Shown here piece after piece: positions 18,377 through 27,681 of a stretch of 39,118 nucleotides of DNA. The notes under the pieces are model-generated. The model was not told the DNA's origin and did not search any database. It worked only from the letters and a program-made list of their open reading frames with translations. The stretch comes from an uncultured Gemmatimonadota bacterium (GTDB lineage Bacteria; GCA-2686955): the NCBI GenBank assembly GCA_964490075.1, contig CAZBBK010000057.1:1-39118 (forward strand), in the 5' to 3' direction. Both the position numbers and the translations under genes were made by a program. Each line of letters starts with the position of its first letter. The first letter of the stretch is position 1.

Positions 18377-19080
18377 TCGGCGTTCCGCAGCCGCTGGCCT
18401 TCGAGGATCAGATCGACCGCCTGGCGGGCCCCGAAGCGTTCCAGGTTCACCGCCAGGTCGTAGCGCTTCGGATCGTCCTCGGCGACGCCGAAGTGGTGCT
18501 GAACGAACTCGCTGCGGTCCCGCTCCAGGCGCGCCATCTGCTCGGCAGCCGCCTGGCGCTCGAGGCCCTGCTCGGCGGCAAAGCGCTCCACGCAGCCTTC
18601 GCGCGACGCCACCAGCCGCACCCGGTAGCCCTGGTCGGCCGGCAGGATCAGGTCGGCGCCACGCCCGACGAACACGCAGCTTCCGGTGCGCGCCAGCGAG
18701 AGCAGTGTCTCGCAGAGCCGCCGGAAATAGTCGTTGCGAGTGGCCTTGCCGTGCACCAGCGGGCGCAACGTCTCTTCCCACCAGCTCAGGTCGCGATGGT
18801 CCATGGCATCGTAGACGCGACGCCGCAGGCCGTCGTCCCCCGCCATCGCGTTGAGGATCTCGCGGTCGAACACCGGCCACCCGAGCCGCACCCCCAGCTC
18901 GGTGATCACCTCGCCCTCGGCCAGGCCGGTCATGCGCGATACGCACACGAATTCTTCGACTGCCGCGCGCTGCTCGGGGGGCGCCTGCGGGCGCTGGGTT
19001 CGCGCCAGCTCCCAGTTGCGCATCTGACGCTCCACGAGCTTGGCGAGCGAGGGGTGGCTGGATGGGATTCTGCTGGTCAT
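18373..19080 (-). CDS. Cytidylate kinase-like family protein (Cytidylate_kin2)
   Basis: VCVSRMTG, LGWPVFDREIL, CVFVGRGA.LIL, RVRLVA, DRSEF..HHF, YDLAVN. Confidence 0.82.
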   Translation of the reverse strand: MTSRIPSSHPSLAKLVERQMRNWELARTQRPQAPPEQRAAVEEFVCVSRMTGLAEGEVITELGVRLGWPVFDREILNAMAGDDGLRRRVYDAMDHRDLSWWEETLRPLVHGKATRNDYFRRLCETLLSLARTGSCVFVGRGADLILPADQGYRVRLVASREGCVERFAAEQGLERQAAAEQMARLERDRSEFVQHHFGVAEDDPKRYDLAVNLERFGARQAVDLILEGQRLRNAE

Positions 19081-19192
19081 CGGTCGGCCCTCCGCGTTCG
19101 GGCGAATCGGCGATCGTCGCTGCTCTCTTATGATCCCCTTTTTGAGGGACGGCGCCAAGGGTCCGCGCAGGATTGGCTACACTCCCGGCACC

Positions 19193-19936
19193 ATGGAGTG
19201 CTGCACCGTTCCCACGGAACCGGCCGCCACCGATCTGCTCTCGCTCTTCCTGCTCGGCGTCACGATCAGTCTCGGCCACTGCATCGGCATGTGCGGGCCT
19301 TTTGTGACCATGATCGCCGCCGGCGGGGCGGGCAGCGGGGGCTGGGGGGCTCGGCTGCTGCGTGCGCTCGGCTATCACGGCGCGCGCATCGCTGCCTACG
19401 CCTTGATCGGTGGGATGCTGGGCCTGGTCGGGCAGACGGTGGGCATGCTCGACGATGCGCGGCGCCTGCAGGGCGGTCTGTCGCTGGTGCTCGGGCTGCT
19501 GATGGTGGCGCTGGCGCTCCATCTCGTTGGGCTGATCCGCGCCGGAGCGTGGACGCGGGGCGCGGAGATCGGACGTTTCATCGGGGCGCGGATTCAGCCG
19601 CTGATCGCCCGGCCGACGCTGCCGCGGGCGGCGGCGCTGGGCTTCGCCAACGGCTGGCTGCCCTGCGGCCCGGTCTACGCGGCGGCGATGAGCGCGGCGG
19701 CGGCGGGGCGGACGGCCACCGGCAGCGCGGGGATGATCGCCTTCGGCCTGGGGACGGCGCCGGTGCTGATCGCGCTCGGTCTGGGAGCGGGGCGGCTGGG
19801 GACCGGCACCCGGCGCCTCTTCCAGCGCGTCGGCGGGGTGCTGGTGGGGCTGCTCGGGGTGCAGCTGATCCTGCGCGGGCTGGCGGCCTGGCATGCGATC
19901 GGGCATTTGCGGCTGGGCGAGATCGTGCTCTGGTGA
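19193..19936 (+). CDS. Sulfite exporter TauE/SafE (DsbD_2, CcoH/UreH-like) membrane protein
   Basis: GHCIGMCGPF, YHGARI..Y, GWLPCGPVY, MIAFGLGT.P. Confidence 0.88.
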   Translation: MECCTVPTEPAATDLLSLFLLGVTISLGHCIGMCGPFVTMIAAGGAGSGGWGARLLRALGYHGARIAAYALIGGMLGLVGQTVGMLDDARRLQGGLSLVLGLLMVALALHLVGLIRAGAWTRGAEIGRFIGARIQPLIARPTLPRAAALGFANGWLPCGPVYAAAMSAAAAGRTATGSAGMIAFGLGTAPVLIALGLGAGRLGTGTRRLFQRVGGVLVGLLGVQLILRGLAAWHAIGHLRLGEIVLW

Positions 19937-19944
19937 CCGGACCG

Positions 19945-21336
19945 CTACTCGATATACCCCAGCGAGCGCAAGCGGCGGTTCAGCTCGGTGCCGAGCTGGT
20001 CGTCGGCGATCCGCTCCACCGCGGTGCCGCCGCCCGTGGCCGCAGACCGGTAGGCGGCCAGCGACTGCTGCATGCGCGCCGCGATCTCGGGACGTTCGCC
20101 GAAGATGTCGGTGATCTCGCCGGGATCGGCGCGTAGATCGAAGAGCAAGGGGTCGGCGCCGATTCCTGCCGGGCGGTTCTTCTGGCTCGCCGGCTTGCGG
20201 CTGTAGTCGAATTCGATCAGCTTGTGACCGAGGCCGCGGGCGACGGAAGCGTTGTAGCAGGTGGCGTAGGCGAGGGGGGGAAGGTCCTCGGAGCGCGCCA
20301 GTAGATCGACACCCTGAAGAGCGGCGGGCGGGTCGATGCCGGCCAGAGCGAGGAGGGTGGGGCCGATGTCGAAGATGCGGCCTTGCGCCGCGGCGGCGGG
20401 CCCGGGGTCGATCGGCGCGCCGCCGTCGTAGAGCACCAGAAAGCAGCGCAGCACTTCGTCGAAGGGGTTGTAGCCGTGGGTGGCGGAGTAGCGGTCGAGG
20501 AGCTCGATGCCGTGGTCGGTCGACACCGCCACAACGGTGTTGCGCAAGACCTCGAGGCGGCGCAGGGTCGCCAGCAGCACGCCGATCCAGTGGTCGGCGT
20601 AGCTCAGGGCGGCGTCGTACTTGGCGATCAGGCGTGCCGTGGTGGCGGGGTCGAGCGCGGCCAGGTCCTGCTCGGATGGCACGTAGGTGCAGGAGCGGTC
20701 GAAGAAACGCCGCGCCGGCTCCGGCTCGTCGAGCCAGGGGGAGCCGTAGATCCAGGGCGGATGCGGCTCCTCGAAGTGGAGGTAGGCGAAGAAGGGCGCG
20801 GATGGGTCGCGCGCCCAGCGCTCGAGGTCGTCGAGCGCGCCGCGGGCGACTTGGTCGGCACGCACGTAGTCCGTCTGCACCTCGGTGAAATCGTGGTAGC
20901 GATCGAAACCCTGGTCGTAGTTCAGTGCGGCGGCCAGGTGCGGTGTCGCGACATGGGCCAGTGTGTGGTAGCCGTGGGCGGCGAAGATCTCGGCCAGCGT
21001 GAGGTGGTCGTCATCGAGCACTTCGCCGTGCTCGAAGATCCGGTGGCGACTGTAGTCCGACGCGGTGTAGAGCGAGGTCAGCGAGGTCTTGGTGGAACAG
21101 CCGGTGGGGATGATCCGCCGCAGCGCTGCGCCGCGTTCGGTCAGCCAGTCGATGTTGGGCGTGGTGCGGCGCTGGTAACCGAAATGGGAGATGTGGTCCT
21201 GGCGCAGTCCGTCAAGTGTGATAAGCAGCACATTTTTGGCACCGGGTAGCGCGGGCGCGGGGGTGGGCGCCTCGCGCTCGGGCGACCCGCAGGCTGTCGA
21301 AGCGAGTGACAAGCCCAGCAAGATCCAGGATCTCAT
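19945..21336 (-). CDS. Sulfatase/alkaline-phosphatase-superfamily lipoprotein
   Basis: Lipobox LASTAC, NVLLITLDGLRQDH, TPNID, YLHFEEPHPP, STDHG, DIGPTLL, LFDL..DPGE, RLRSLGYIE. ATGA overlap with the lhr stop. Confidence 0.88.
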   Translation of the reverse strand: MRSWILLGLSLASTACGSPEREAPTPAPALPGAKNVLLITLDGLRQDHISHFGYQRRTTPNIDWLTERGAALRRIIPTGCSTKTSLTSLYTASDYSRHRIFEHGEVLDDDHLTLAEIFAAHGYHTLAHVATPHLAAALNYDQGFDRYHDFTEVQTDYVRADQVARGALDDLERWARDPSAPFFAYLHFEEPHPPWIYGSPWLDEPEPARRFFDRSCTYVPSEQDLAALDPATTARLIAKYDAALSYADHWIGVLLATLRRLEVLRNTVVAVSTDHGIELLDRYSATHGYNPFDEVLRCFLVLYDGGAPIDPGPAAAAQGRIFDIGPTLLALAGIDPPAALQGVDLLARSEDLPPLAYATCYNASVARGLGHKLIEFDYSRKPASQKNRPAGIGADPLLFDLRADPGEITDIFGERPEIAARMQQSLAAYRSAATGGGTAVERIADDQLGTELNRRLRSLGYIE

Positions 21337-24300
21337 CGCGATCCCTTCCGCAGGGTCACGTTCTTGTGATCGGTCTCGACCTCGAAGTGCACGCGCAGCG
21401 CATCCAAATAGGGACTCCGTAGCGCCGGCTCGCCGTTGATGCTCTCCACCGTGATGGCGCGCAGCGGCCGCACCGGGCGCCGCAGCAGGTGGTGCAAGGG
21501 GTCCCAGCAGTGGGTGAGCTCGGGCGCGTCGGGCGCCGGTCCGATCTCCAGCTCCCGGCCCCGCGCTCGCGACACCATGACCAGCTCCGTGCCGCGGTAG
21601 ACCAGGTGCGTGCCGCTCAGTCGCTTTGGCAGCTTGCCGCGCAGGCCCTCCAGACCGATGCCGCAGAGCGAGGCCGGGTCGGTGGCGGCGATCCAGAAGA
21701 TGCATCGATCGTCGATGCCGCGGCGCAGCCCGCGCAAGGCGCGCTCAGAGGCGAACTGCAGGCCGCCGATGCCGTGAAAGAAACAGCCCGAGACGATCTC
21801 GCCGGAGAGCTCCATCAGGCGCAGGGTTCGGAACAGCGGCGCCCAGCGGAAGGGCGACGACTCGCGCTCCAGCAGCTCGCGGAAGAGCACACCGTAGCGA
21901 TCGAGCAGCAGTCGCACGCGATCTCTGTTGCGCTCTTCCGCTTCGATCGGATCGAGCGCGTCCTCCAGAGCGGGCAGCCGGTACCAGCTCCCGGCGAAGG
22001 GCACGGCGCTTTTCCACTGCGCGAAGGAGCGCCGCGCGCCGCGCCGCCGGATCCGCGCGCCCGGCGCGGCGCGGCCGACCTCGGGGGTGCGGAAGGAGCT
22101 GTCGATCGCGCGGCGCAGCGCGACGAATGTGTCGTTGGTGAGCGCACCGCGCCAGACCGCCGTCCACAGACGCTCGCTCAGCTCCGCGACGCTCGCGCCC
22201 GAAGACCGCAGCAGATGCTCGAAGTCGAAGCGTCCGCCCTCGGACGGCAAGGGATCGCCCTTCTTTTCGTCGCTGGCCGGGGACACCGCGCGCAGATCGA
22301 ACTCCGATCCGAGCCAAAAAGCGATCCGCCGATCACCCACGCCGATCCAGCGCAGATCGCCCTCCTGCAAGAGCTGATCGAGAATCGCCGGAGAATAGTC
22401 CTGCACTCGAGCGGGCAACAGGTCGGCCTCCCACTCGCCGGCCGGCGCGGAATAGCCGCTGAGCTGTTCGATCCGCTCGAAGAGTGTCTCGACCCCGGAA
22501 CCGGGGCGGTCGACGCCCTGGTGGCGGGCCAGAAACACCGGCAGCAGCTCGAGATCGAGGGGCTCCATGCTCGGCAGGGCGCGCGCCCGGGCCATGCGCA
22601 GCAAGGTCTCGAAGTTCTGACTGTCGCAGACCCGCTCTTCGTCCTCGCCCTCGACCAGCGCGCCGGCGATCAGCTCGCCGGTCTCGACCAGGTCCGCCAG
22701 CGCGGCACGCAATCTCGGCTCGTCGATCCCGAGCCAAGCCGCGATCTGAAGCGCCTCCACCGGTCCGCGGAAACGCAACCACTCCCCGACGATCGCGCGC
22801 AGCTCTTCGCCGACGTCCTCGTCGTCGGCAGTCACCGAAGCGCCGGCGGAAGGGTCGATCTCGAAAGTGGCGTCCCCTTCCAGCCCGGCGCGCAGCGTGG
22901 CCTGCTCCCCGGGCCACAGCGCAGCGACCAGGCGCGCGACATTCTCGCGAGCCACGATCAGCGTTCCACCCGAGACGCGCGGCGTGACTCGCACCAGCTT
23001 GTCGCCGATCTCCGCCGCCGGATTCTCGCACCCGGACTCCCGCGCGTGCGCCCGCAGCAGTTCGCGCCACTCATCTTCTCCGATCGCCTGGCGCTCCTTG
23101 CCCCAGTCGAGCAGATCGCGCGCGGTGTCGGGGGCGTAGCCGGGCTTCAGGCGGCGGCGCCGGCGCTCGAAGTCCTCGACCAGCTCGCGCGACACCCGGG
23201 GCCGCAGACCGGAATCGAACACCACCTCGCGCAGCAAGTCGTCGCTCACCGACGGCCCTCTGGAAGCGGCCGGTGTGTCGTCGCGATACATGTACTCGCT
23301 GACCTGGCGCCAGGCGACGGTGCGGGCGAAGGGACTGGCCGTCGCCGTGCGCGTCTCGGACCAGTCGACCGAGCCCGACTCCAGCTCCGCCAGCTTGCGG
23401 CTGAGACTCGCGACGTCGAGCTCGTCCTGCAGGCAGGTGCGCCAGGCCTCGAGCACGATCGGGAAGTCCTGGTAGCGGCGCACCGAAGCCAGCAGCTTCT
23501 GCGAGCGCAGTCGGCTGACCCAGAGCGGCAAGCGCTCGTTCATGCGCCGCCGACTGAGCAGCAGCGCACGCCCCGCGCACTCGCGGAAGCGAGCGCCGAA
23601 GAAGCCGGAGGACTCCAATCGCCGGCGCAGCAGCTCGTTCAGATTGCTGGTCGTAACCAGCGCCAAGAGCTCCGCCGCGTCGATCTCGTGCGGCAGCATC
23701 AGCGAGATGCAATCGTCGCCGGCAAAGGTCTCGAGCGGCGCGCCGAAGCGCTCCTCCCAGGCCGCCTCGAGCGCCATCGCGTAGGGTCGGTTGACCCGGC
23801 CGCCCCAGAGGGTGTGCACGACCAGCTGGCTGCCTCCCGCCTCCCCGCCGGGCGCCGCCGCCAGGCGCTCGACCAGCAGATGGTGGCGGTGCGGCAGTGT
23901 GCATTCCGTGTGGCGCTTCTGGCGCAGCAGATGCTCGGCGAGACGCTGCGCCGACGCCTCGTCGAGCGCTGCGCTGCGCCGCAGCGACGCGCTCATCTCC
24001 GTCTCGTCCTCACATCCACCGACACTTTCCAGGAGCTCGGCGATGCGCTCGGAGAAGTGCGCGCCCCGGTTGCGCCCTTCCGCCTTCCAGAAGGGCACAT
24101 CGCGCGCCCCCGACCGCCCCGGCAGCACGAAAACGTCGCTGTGGGTGATCTGCTCGATGCGCCAGCTCTGGGTGCCGAGCGTCATCGACTGACCGATCGA
24201 CGCCTCCCAGACGTACTCTTCGTCCAGCTCGCCGATCAGCGCTCCGGTCTCGCGGTGACGCAGCTTGAAGTAGCCGCGATTGGGGATCGTGCCCCCGGAT

Positions 24301-25787
24301 GAGTAGAGCGCCAGCCGCGCCCCCTTGCGCGCCACGACGCTTCGATCGATGCCGTCGATCGAAACTCGCGGACTGAGCTCGCGAATCCGGCTCTCGGCGT
24401 AGCGCCCGGCGAGCATCTTCAGCACCAGGTCGAACTCGCCGCGACCCAGCTCGCGATAGGGTTGGCTGGTGCGCACCTGGTCATAGAGCGCGTCGATCGA
24501 CCACTCCTCCACCAGAGTCATCGAGACCAGCACCTGCGCCAGCACGTCGAGCGGCGCCCGCACCGGCGACACCTCCTCGATGTCCTGCTCGACGATGCAG
24601 CGGGCCAGCAGCGCCGCCTCGAGCGCGTCCTGCCCATGGGTCGGGTAGAGCAGCGCGCGACTCAGCTCGCCCACGCCGTGGCCGGCGCGCCCCACCCGCT
24701 GCACCGCCGACGACACGGTTTCGGGCGACTGGATCAGCAACACTTCGTCGAGCGCGCCGACATCGATGCCGAGCTCGAGCGAGCTGGTGGCGACGATTGC
24801 GTCCAGCTCGCCGGCCTTCAGCCGGCGCTCGACCTCGGTGCGAATCTCGCGCGACAACGCTCCGTGGTGGGCATAGGCGATCGGCTCGGCGGCGCCCTCG
24901 TTGATCAACCGCGTCATCTTCTCGCAGAGGTTGCGGCTGCGGACGAAGATCAGCGTGGAGCGATTGCGGGTCAGCGCGCTGCTCTTGATGTCGTCCGCCA
25001 GGCTGCTCCACACGCTGCGGCGATCGTCCTCGTCGCCCGCCTCCGGCAGGGCGCGGATCTCGACCTGGTAGTCCTTGCTCGCCGCCGACTCGACCAGGCC
25101 GACCGAGCGCGCCGTATAGCCGCCGCCGTCCAGGCGGTAGCCGCCCACGAACTCCGCCACCTTGCGCGGCGGGCGCACGGTGGCGGAAAGGGCCAGGCGC
25201 TGGAACTCGCCGGAGAGGCGCACGATGCGCTCGACCGCGGTGATCAGGTGGGTGCCGCGCTTGTTGCCGACCACGGCGTGGATCTCGTCGAGAATCACCG
25301 TCTCGAGTGTCGCCAGCAGCACCCCTCCGGCCGCCGAGCTCAGGATCAGATTCAGGCTCTCCGGCGTGGTGATCAGGATCTCGGGCGGATGGCGCAGCAT
25401 GCGCCGGCGCTCTTCGGGAGGAGTGTCGCCGCTGCGGGTGGCCACCTCGATCGACGGGAAGGGTCGCCCGGCCGCTTCGAACCCGGCCCGCAGTGCGCTG
25501 AGCGGCCCCAGCAGGTTGCGCTGAATGTCGTTGTTGAGCGCCTTGAGGGGCGAGACGTAGAGCACCCGCGTGGCGCCGCTCCGCCAGGCACCGCTCGCGA
25601 ATCGATCGAGCGCCCACAGGAAGGCGGTGAGGGTCTTGCCGCTGCCGGTGGGCGCGGTGATCAGCAGGTGCTCCCCGGCGGCGATCCGGGGCCAGGCGCG
25701 CGCCTGCAGCTCGGTCGGGGCGCCGACCTGGCGCAGGAACCAGTCGCGGATCAGGGGATGGAAGGGCGAGAGCGGGTCCGTAGGCAT
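21333..25787 (-). CDS. lhr: Lhr-family long DEAD/H helicase with C-terminal winged-helix/glycosylase-like region
   Basis: APTGSGKT, YVSPLKALNNDI, TPESL, DEIH, SAT, HHG.LS, SSLELGIDVG, QRVGRAGH, GGTIP, LLDRYG, ATDPA; 1484 aa. Confidence 0.93.
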   Translation of the reverse strand: MPTDPLSPFHPLIRDWFLRQVGAPTELQARAWPRIAAGEHLLITAPTGSGKTLTAFLWALDRFASGAWRSGATRVLYVSPLKALNNDIQRNLLGPLSALRAGFEAAGRPFPSIEVATRSGDTPPEERRRMLRHPPEILITTPESLNLILSSAAGGVLLATLETVILDEIHAVVGNKRGTHLITAVERIVRLSGEFQRLALSATVRPPRKVAEFVGGYRLDGGGYTARSVGLVESAASKDYQVEIRALPEAGDEDDRRSVWSSLADDIKSSALTRNRSTLIFVRSRNLCEKMTRLINEGAAEPIAYAHHGALSREIRTEVERRLKAGELDAIVATSSLELGIDVGALDEVLLIQSPETVSSAVQRVGRAGHGVGELSRALLYPTHGQDALEAALLARCIVEQDIEEVSPVRAPLDVLAQVLVSMTLVEEWSIDALYDQVRTSQPYRELGRGEFDLVLKMLAGRYAESRIRELSPRVSIDGIDRSVVARKGARLALYSSGGTIPNRGYFKLRHRETGALIGELDEEYVWEASIGQSMTLGTQSWRIEQITHSDVFVLPGRSGARDVPFWKAEGRNRGAHFSERIAELLESVGGCEDETEMSASLRRSAALDEASAQRLAEHLLRQKRHTECTLPHRHHLLVERLAAAPGGEAGGSQLVVHTLWGGRVNRPYAMALEAAWEERFGAPLETFAGDDCISLMLPHEIDAAELLALVTTSNLNELLRRRLESSGFFGARFRECAGRALLLSRRRMNERLPLWVSRLRSQKLLASVRRYQDFPIVLEAWRTCLQDELDVASLSRKLAELESGSVDWSETRTATASPFARTVAWRQVSEYMYRDDTPAASRGPSVSDDLLREVVFDSGLRPRVSRELVEDFERRRRRLKPGYAPDTARDLLDWGKERQAIGEDEWRELLRAHARESGCENPAAEIGDKLVRVTPRVSGGTLIVARENVARLVAALWPGEQATLRAGLEGDATFEIDPSAGASVTADDEDVGEELRAIVGEWLRFRGPVEALQIAAWLGIDEPRLRAALADLVETGELIAGALVEGEDEERVCDSQNFETLLRMARARALPSMEPLDLELLPVFLARHQGVDRPGSGVETLFERIEQLSGYSAPAGEWEADLLPARVQDYSPAILDQLLQEGDLRWIGVGDRRIAFWLGSEFDLRAVSPASDEKKGDPLPSEGGRFDFEHLLRSSGASVAELSERLWTAVWRGALTNDTFVALRRAIDSSFRTPEVGRAAPGARIRRRGARRSFAQWKSAVPFAGSWYRLPALEDALDPIEAEERNRDRVRLLLDRYGVLFRELLERESSPFRWAPLFRTLRLMELSGEIVSGCFFHGIGGLQFASERALRGLRRGIDDRCIFWIAATDPASLCGIGLEGLRGKLPKRLSGTHLVYRGTELVMVSRARGRELEIGPAPDAPELTHCWDPLHHLLRRPVRPLRAITVESINGEPALRSPYLDALRVHFEVETDHKNVTLRKGSR

Positions 25788-25961
25788 CGATCGTTCCGTT
25801 GTGCTCCGCGGGCGCCGATCCCGCGGAGAATGATGGTAATCCCTCGGCTGCGCAGTGGTTGAGCAGAGTGGGCCCGTCGATTGCCGTGCGCCGCGCCGAG
25901 GCGCCGATGCTCAGAGCAGGGGAACGCCCACGCCATCTTCGATCCACCGAGAGGGGAAGCG

Positions 25962-26834
25962 ATGAACCGCTCCACGTTCGTCCACGCCGCCATCCTGGCC
26001 ACCGCCGCATCGACGCTGAGCGCGCCGGCCACCGCTGCCGCCGGCGGCGTGACCCGCGCCCGCGACCAGATCATTCGCTCCCGCCCCAGGCAGGAGCTGG
26101 CCGGAACGACTCCGCTGCGCATGGACTTCACGGTCGTAGAGATCGGGGACGGTCTCTACGACTACCGCTTCACGTTGACGATCGACAACCACGACGAGAG
26201 CTGGGAGCCGGGACAGTCCTGGGGCTGGGTGGTGTTCGCCGATGCCCAGAGCGCCGACTCCCCCCTGCCGGACTTCGTCGGCGACCCGGACGATCTGCCG
26301 ATCGGTCCCTGGGACACCTACACCACGTCGATGGGCTACCACAACGGTCCCACCCTCTGGTACGTGCTCGATGAGTGGGAGCCCGCGGCCGAAGGCGAAT
26401 CGCTCTCCTGGTCCGGCACCTCGTCGTACTACACCGAGGAGCTGATCTTCAGCACACTGGTGGGCTCCGGCGCGCTGGCGAATTTCGAGCCGATGAGCTT
26501 CCTGGGAACGGGCTGCGATCTGGAGATCGACGCCAGCGACTACGTCGAAGTCATCGCCCCCGACTCGCCCTTCTCGTTCCGCTTCGACTTGGTCAACGGC
26601 TGTGCGGAAGAGGCGACCTTCGACGCCGTCACCATGCAGGTCTCGGGCGCGCTCTCGCTCTCGAAGACGCTGTTCCAGGGCGCAAGGGTCTACCTGGGCG
26701 CCGAGAGCAACGTGGGATCGGGCGCGGCGCTCTACGTCCCGCCGGGCTCCTCGGGGGAGTATGAGGTGGAGCTCAGAGTGATGCGCGACGGCGCGGTGCT
26801 CGATACCGACGCGTTCCACGTGATGGTGGAGTAG
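25962..26834 (+). CDS. Secreted hypothetical protein, two beta-rich domains
   Basis: Signal peptide MNRSTFVHAAILATAASTLSAPATA, purine-rich RBS, GC3-biased codons. Confidence 0.75.
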   Translation: MNRSTFVHAAILATAASTLSAPATAAAGGVTRARDQIIRSRPRQELAGTTPLRMDFTVVEIGDGLYDYRFTLTIDNHDESWEPGQSWGWVVFADAQSADSPLPDFVGDPDDLPIGPWDTYTTSMGYHNGPTLWYVLDEWEPAAEGESLSWSGTSSYYTEELIFSTLVGSGALANFEPMSFLGTGCDLEIDASDYVEVIAPDSPFSFRFDLVNGCAEEATFDAVTMQVSGALSLSKTLFQGARVYLGAESNVGSGAALYVPPGSSGEYEVELRVMRDGAVLDTDAFHVMVE

Positions 26835-26884
26835 GAGTCCGGGGGGCGACGCTCATCGGCGGACGGGCGGAAGGTCCGCGGGGA

Positions 26885-27268
26885 TCACCGGATCACCTCG
26901 ATCTCGATCCCCAGGTCGAGCTCCGCCCAGGCTCGATCCGCGGTCAACACGGGCAGGCCGAGCACCCTTCCGCCGGCCAAGCAGGCGCGGTCGCCGAGGG
27001 AGAGACCGAGAGTGCGGGTGGCCGAGCGCAGCAGCGCGGCTTCCCAGGCCATCTCGGCCGAGAAGGGCTCGATCGCGATTCCGATCTCGGCGAGGGAGGT
27101 GCGGGTCGACCTCGGCGGCACTCCATAGTCGAGGAGCTTGGCTGCTGCTTCGGCCAGATTGACGGCGATGATCCGAGCTCCTGGCAGAACGGCCGCGACC
27201 CGCTCCTGGCCGGGCTCGTCGTTGAGGAGGGCCAGCAGGGCCGAAGCGTCGAGCAGTGCTTCACTCAA
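26885..27268 (-). CDS. vapC: VapC PIN-domain toxin
   Basis: LLDASALLA...E.G, VNLAE, GLSLGDRACLA, VLTADRAW. Start overlaps the antitoxin stop. Confidence 0.92.
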   Translation of the reverse strand: MSEALLDASALLALLNDEPGQERVAAVLPGARIIAVNLAEAAAKLLDYGVPPRSTRTSLAEIGIAIEPFSAEMAWEAALLRSATRTLGLSLGDRACLAGGRVLGLPVLTADRAWAELDLGIEIEVIR

Positions 27269-27506
27269 CCTCGGCCTCCGCGCGCCGTTCGCGAATCAGC
27301 TCCTCGGCGAGATCGACGTCCGCCCCGACGTGACCGCGCACCTGCGCCTGGGCACGCCTGAGAGCCTCGTCGAGCGTCATCAGGTGAAGCTCCCTGCCCT
27401 TCACGCGAAGCACCACTCGCTGCCCTTCGTGCAGGGTCAGATGCCTGCGCATACCGGCAGGGATCACCAGTCTTCCGCCCTTGCCGATGTGAGCGATGTG
27501 TTCCAT
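27261..27506 (-). CDS. AbrB/MazE/SpoVT-type antitoxin
   Basis: IGKGGRLVIPAGMRRHL.L.EG, then EELIRERRAE. GGAG sits 6 nt before ATG 27506. Confidence 0.88.
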   Translation of the reverse strand: MEHIAHIGKGGRLVIPAGMRRHLTLHEGQRVVLRVKGRELHLMTLDEALRRAQAQVRGHVGADVDLAEELIRERRAEAEVE

Positions 27507-27531
27507 GGTGGACTCCACGGGTTTGTCATTC

Positions 27532-27567
27532 ATGGCGCAATATGGCACACAGGCATCGACATGGCAA
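27532..27567 (-). promoter_or_regulatory. sigma70-type promoter of the TA operon with repeated TGCCAT-like boxes
   Basis: Minus strand TTGCCA (27567-27562), 17 nt, CATATT (27544-27539). Confidence 0.55.
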
Positions 27568-27681
27568 GGATGCCGTCTAGTGGCTGACGCCTGGCCGCGA
27601 GGAATGGGACCCTTTGTCCAAACGCCAGATCCCTGCCTTGGGGACTTGACCGACGACACTCGACTCGGCGAGGGTTGGACC

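Noticed and set aside
21489..24302. 937-aa plus-strand ORF (likewise 8591..10594 and 10707..12596)
   Set aside because: Antisense mirrors of lhr, the M3 peptidase and the epimerase/GH9 genes; no motifs.
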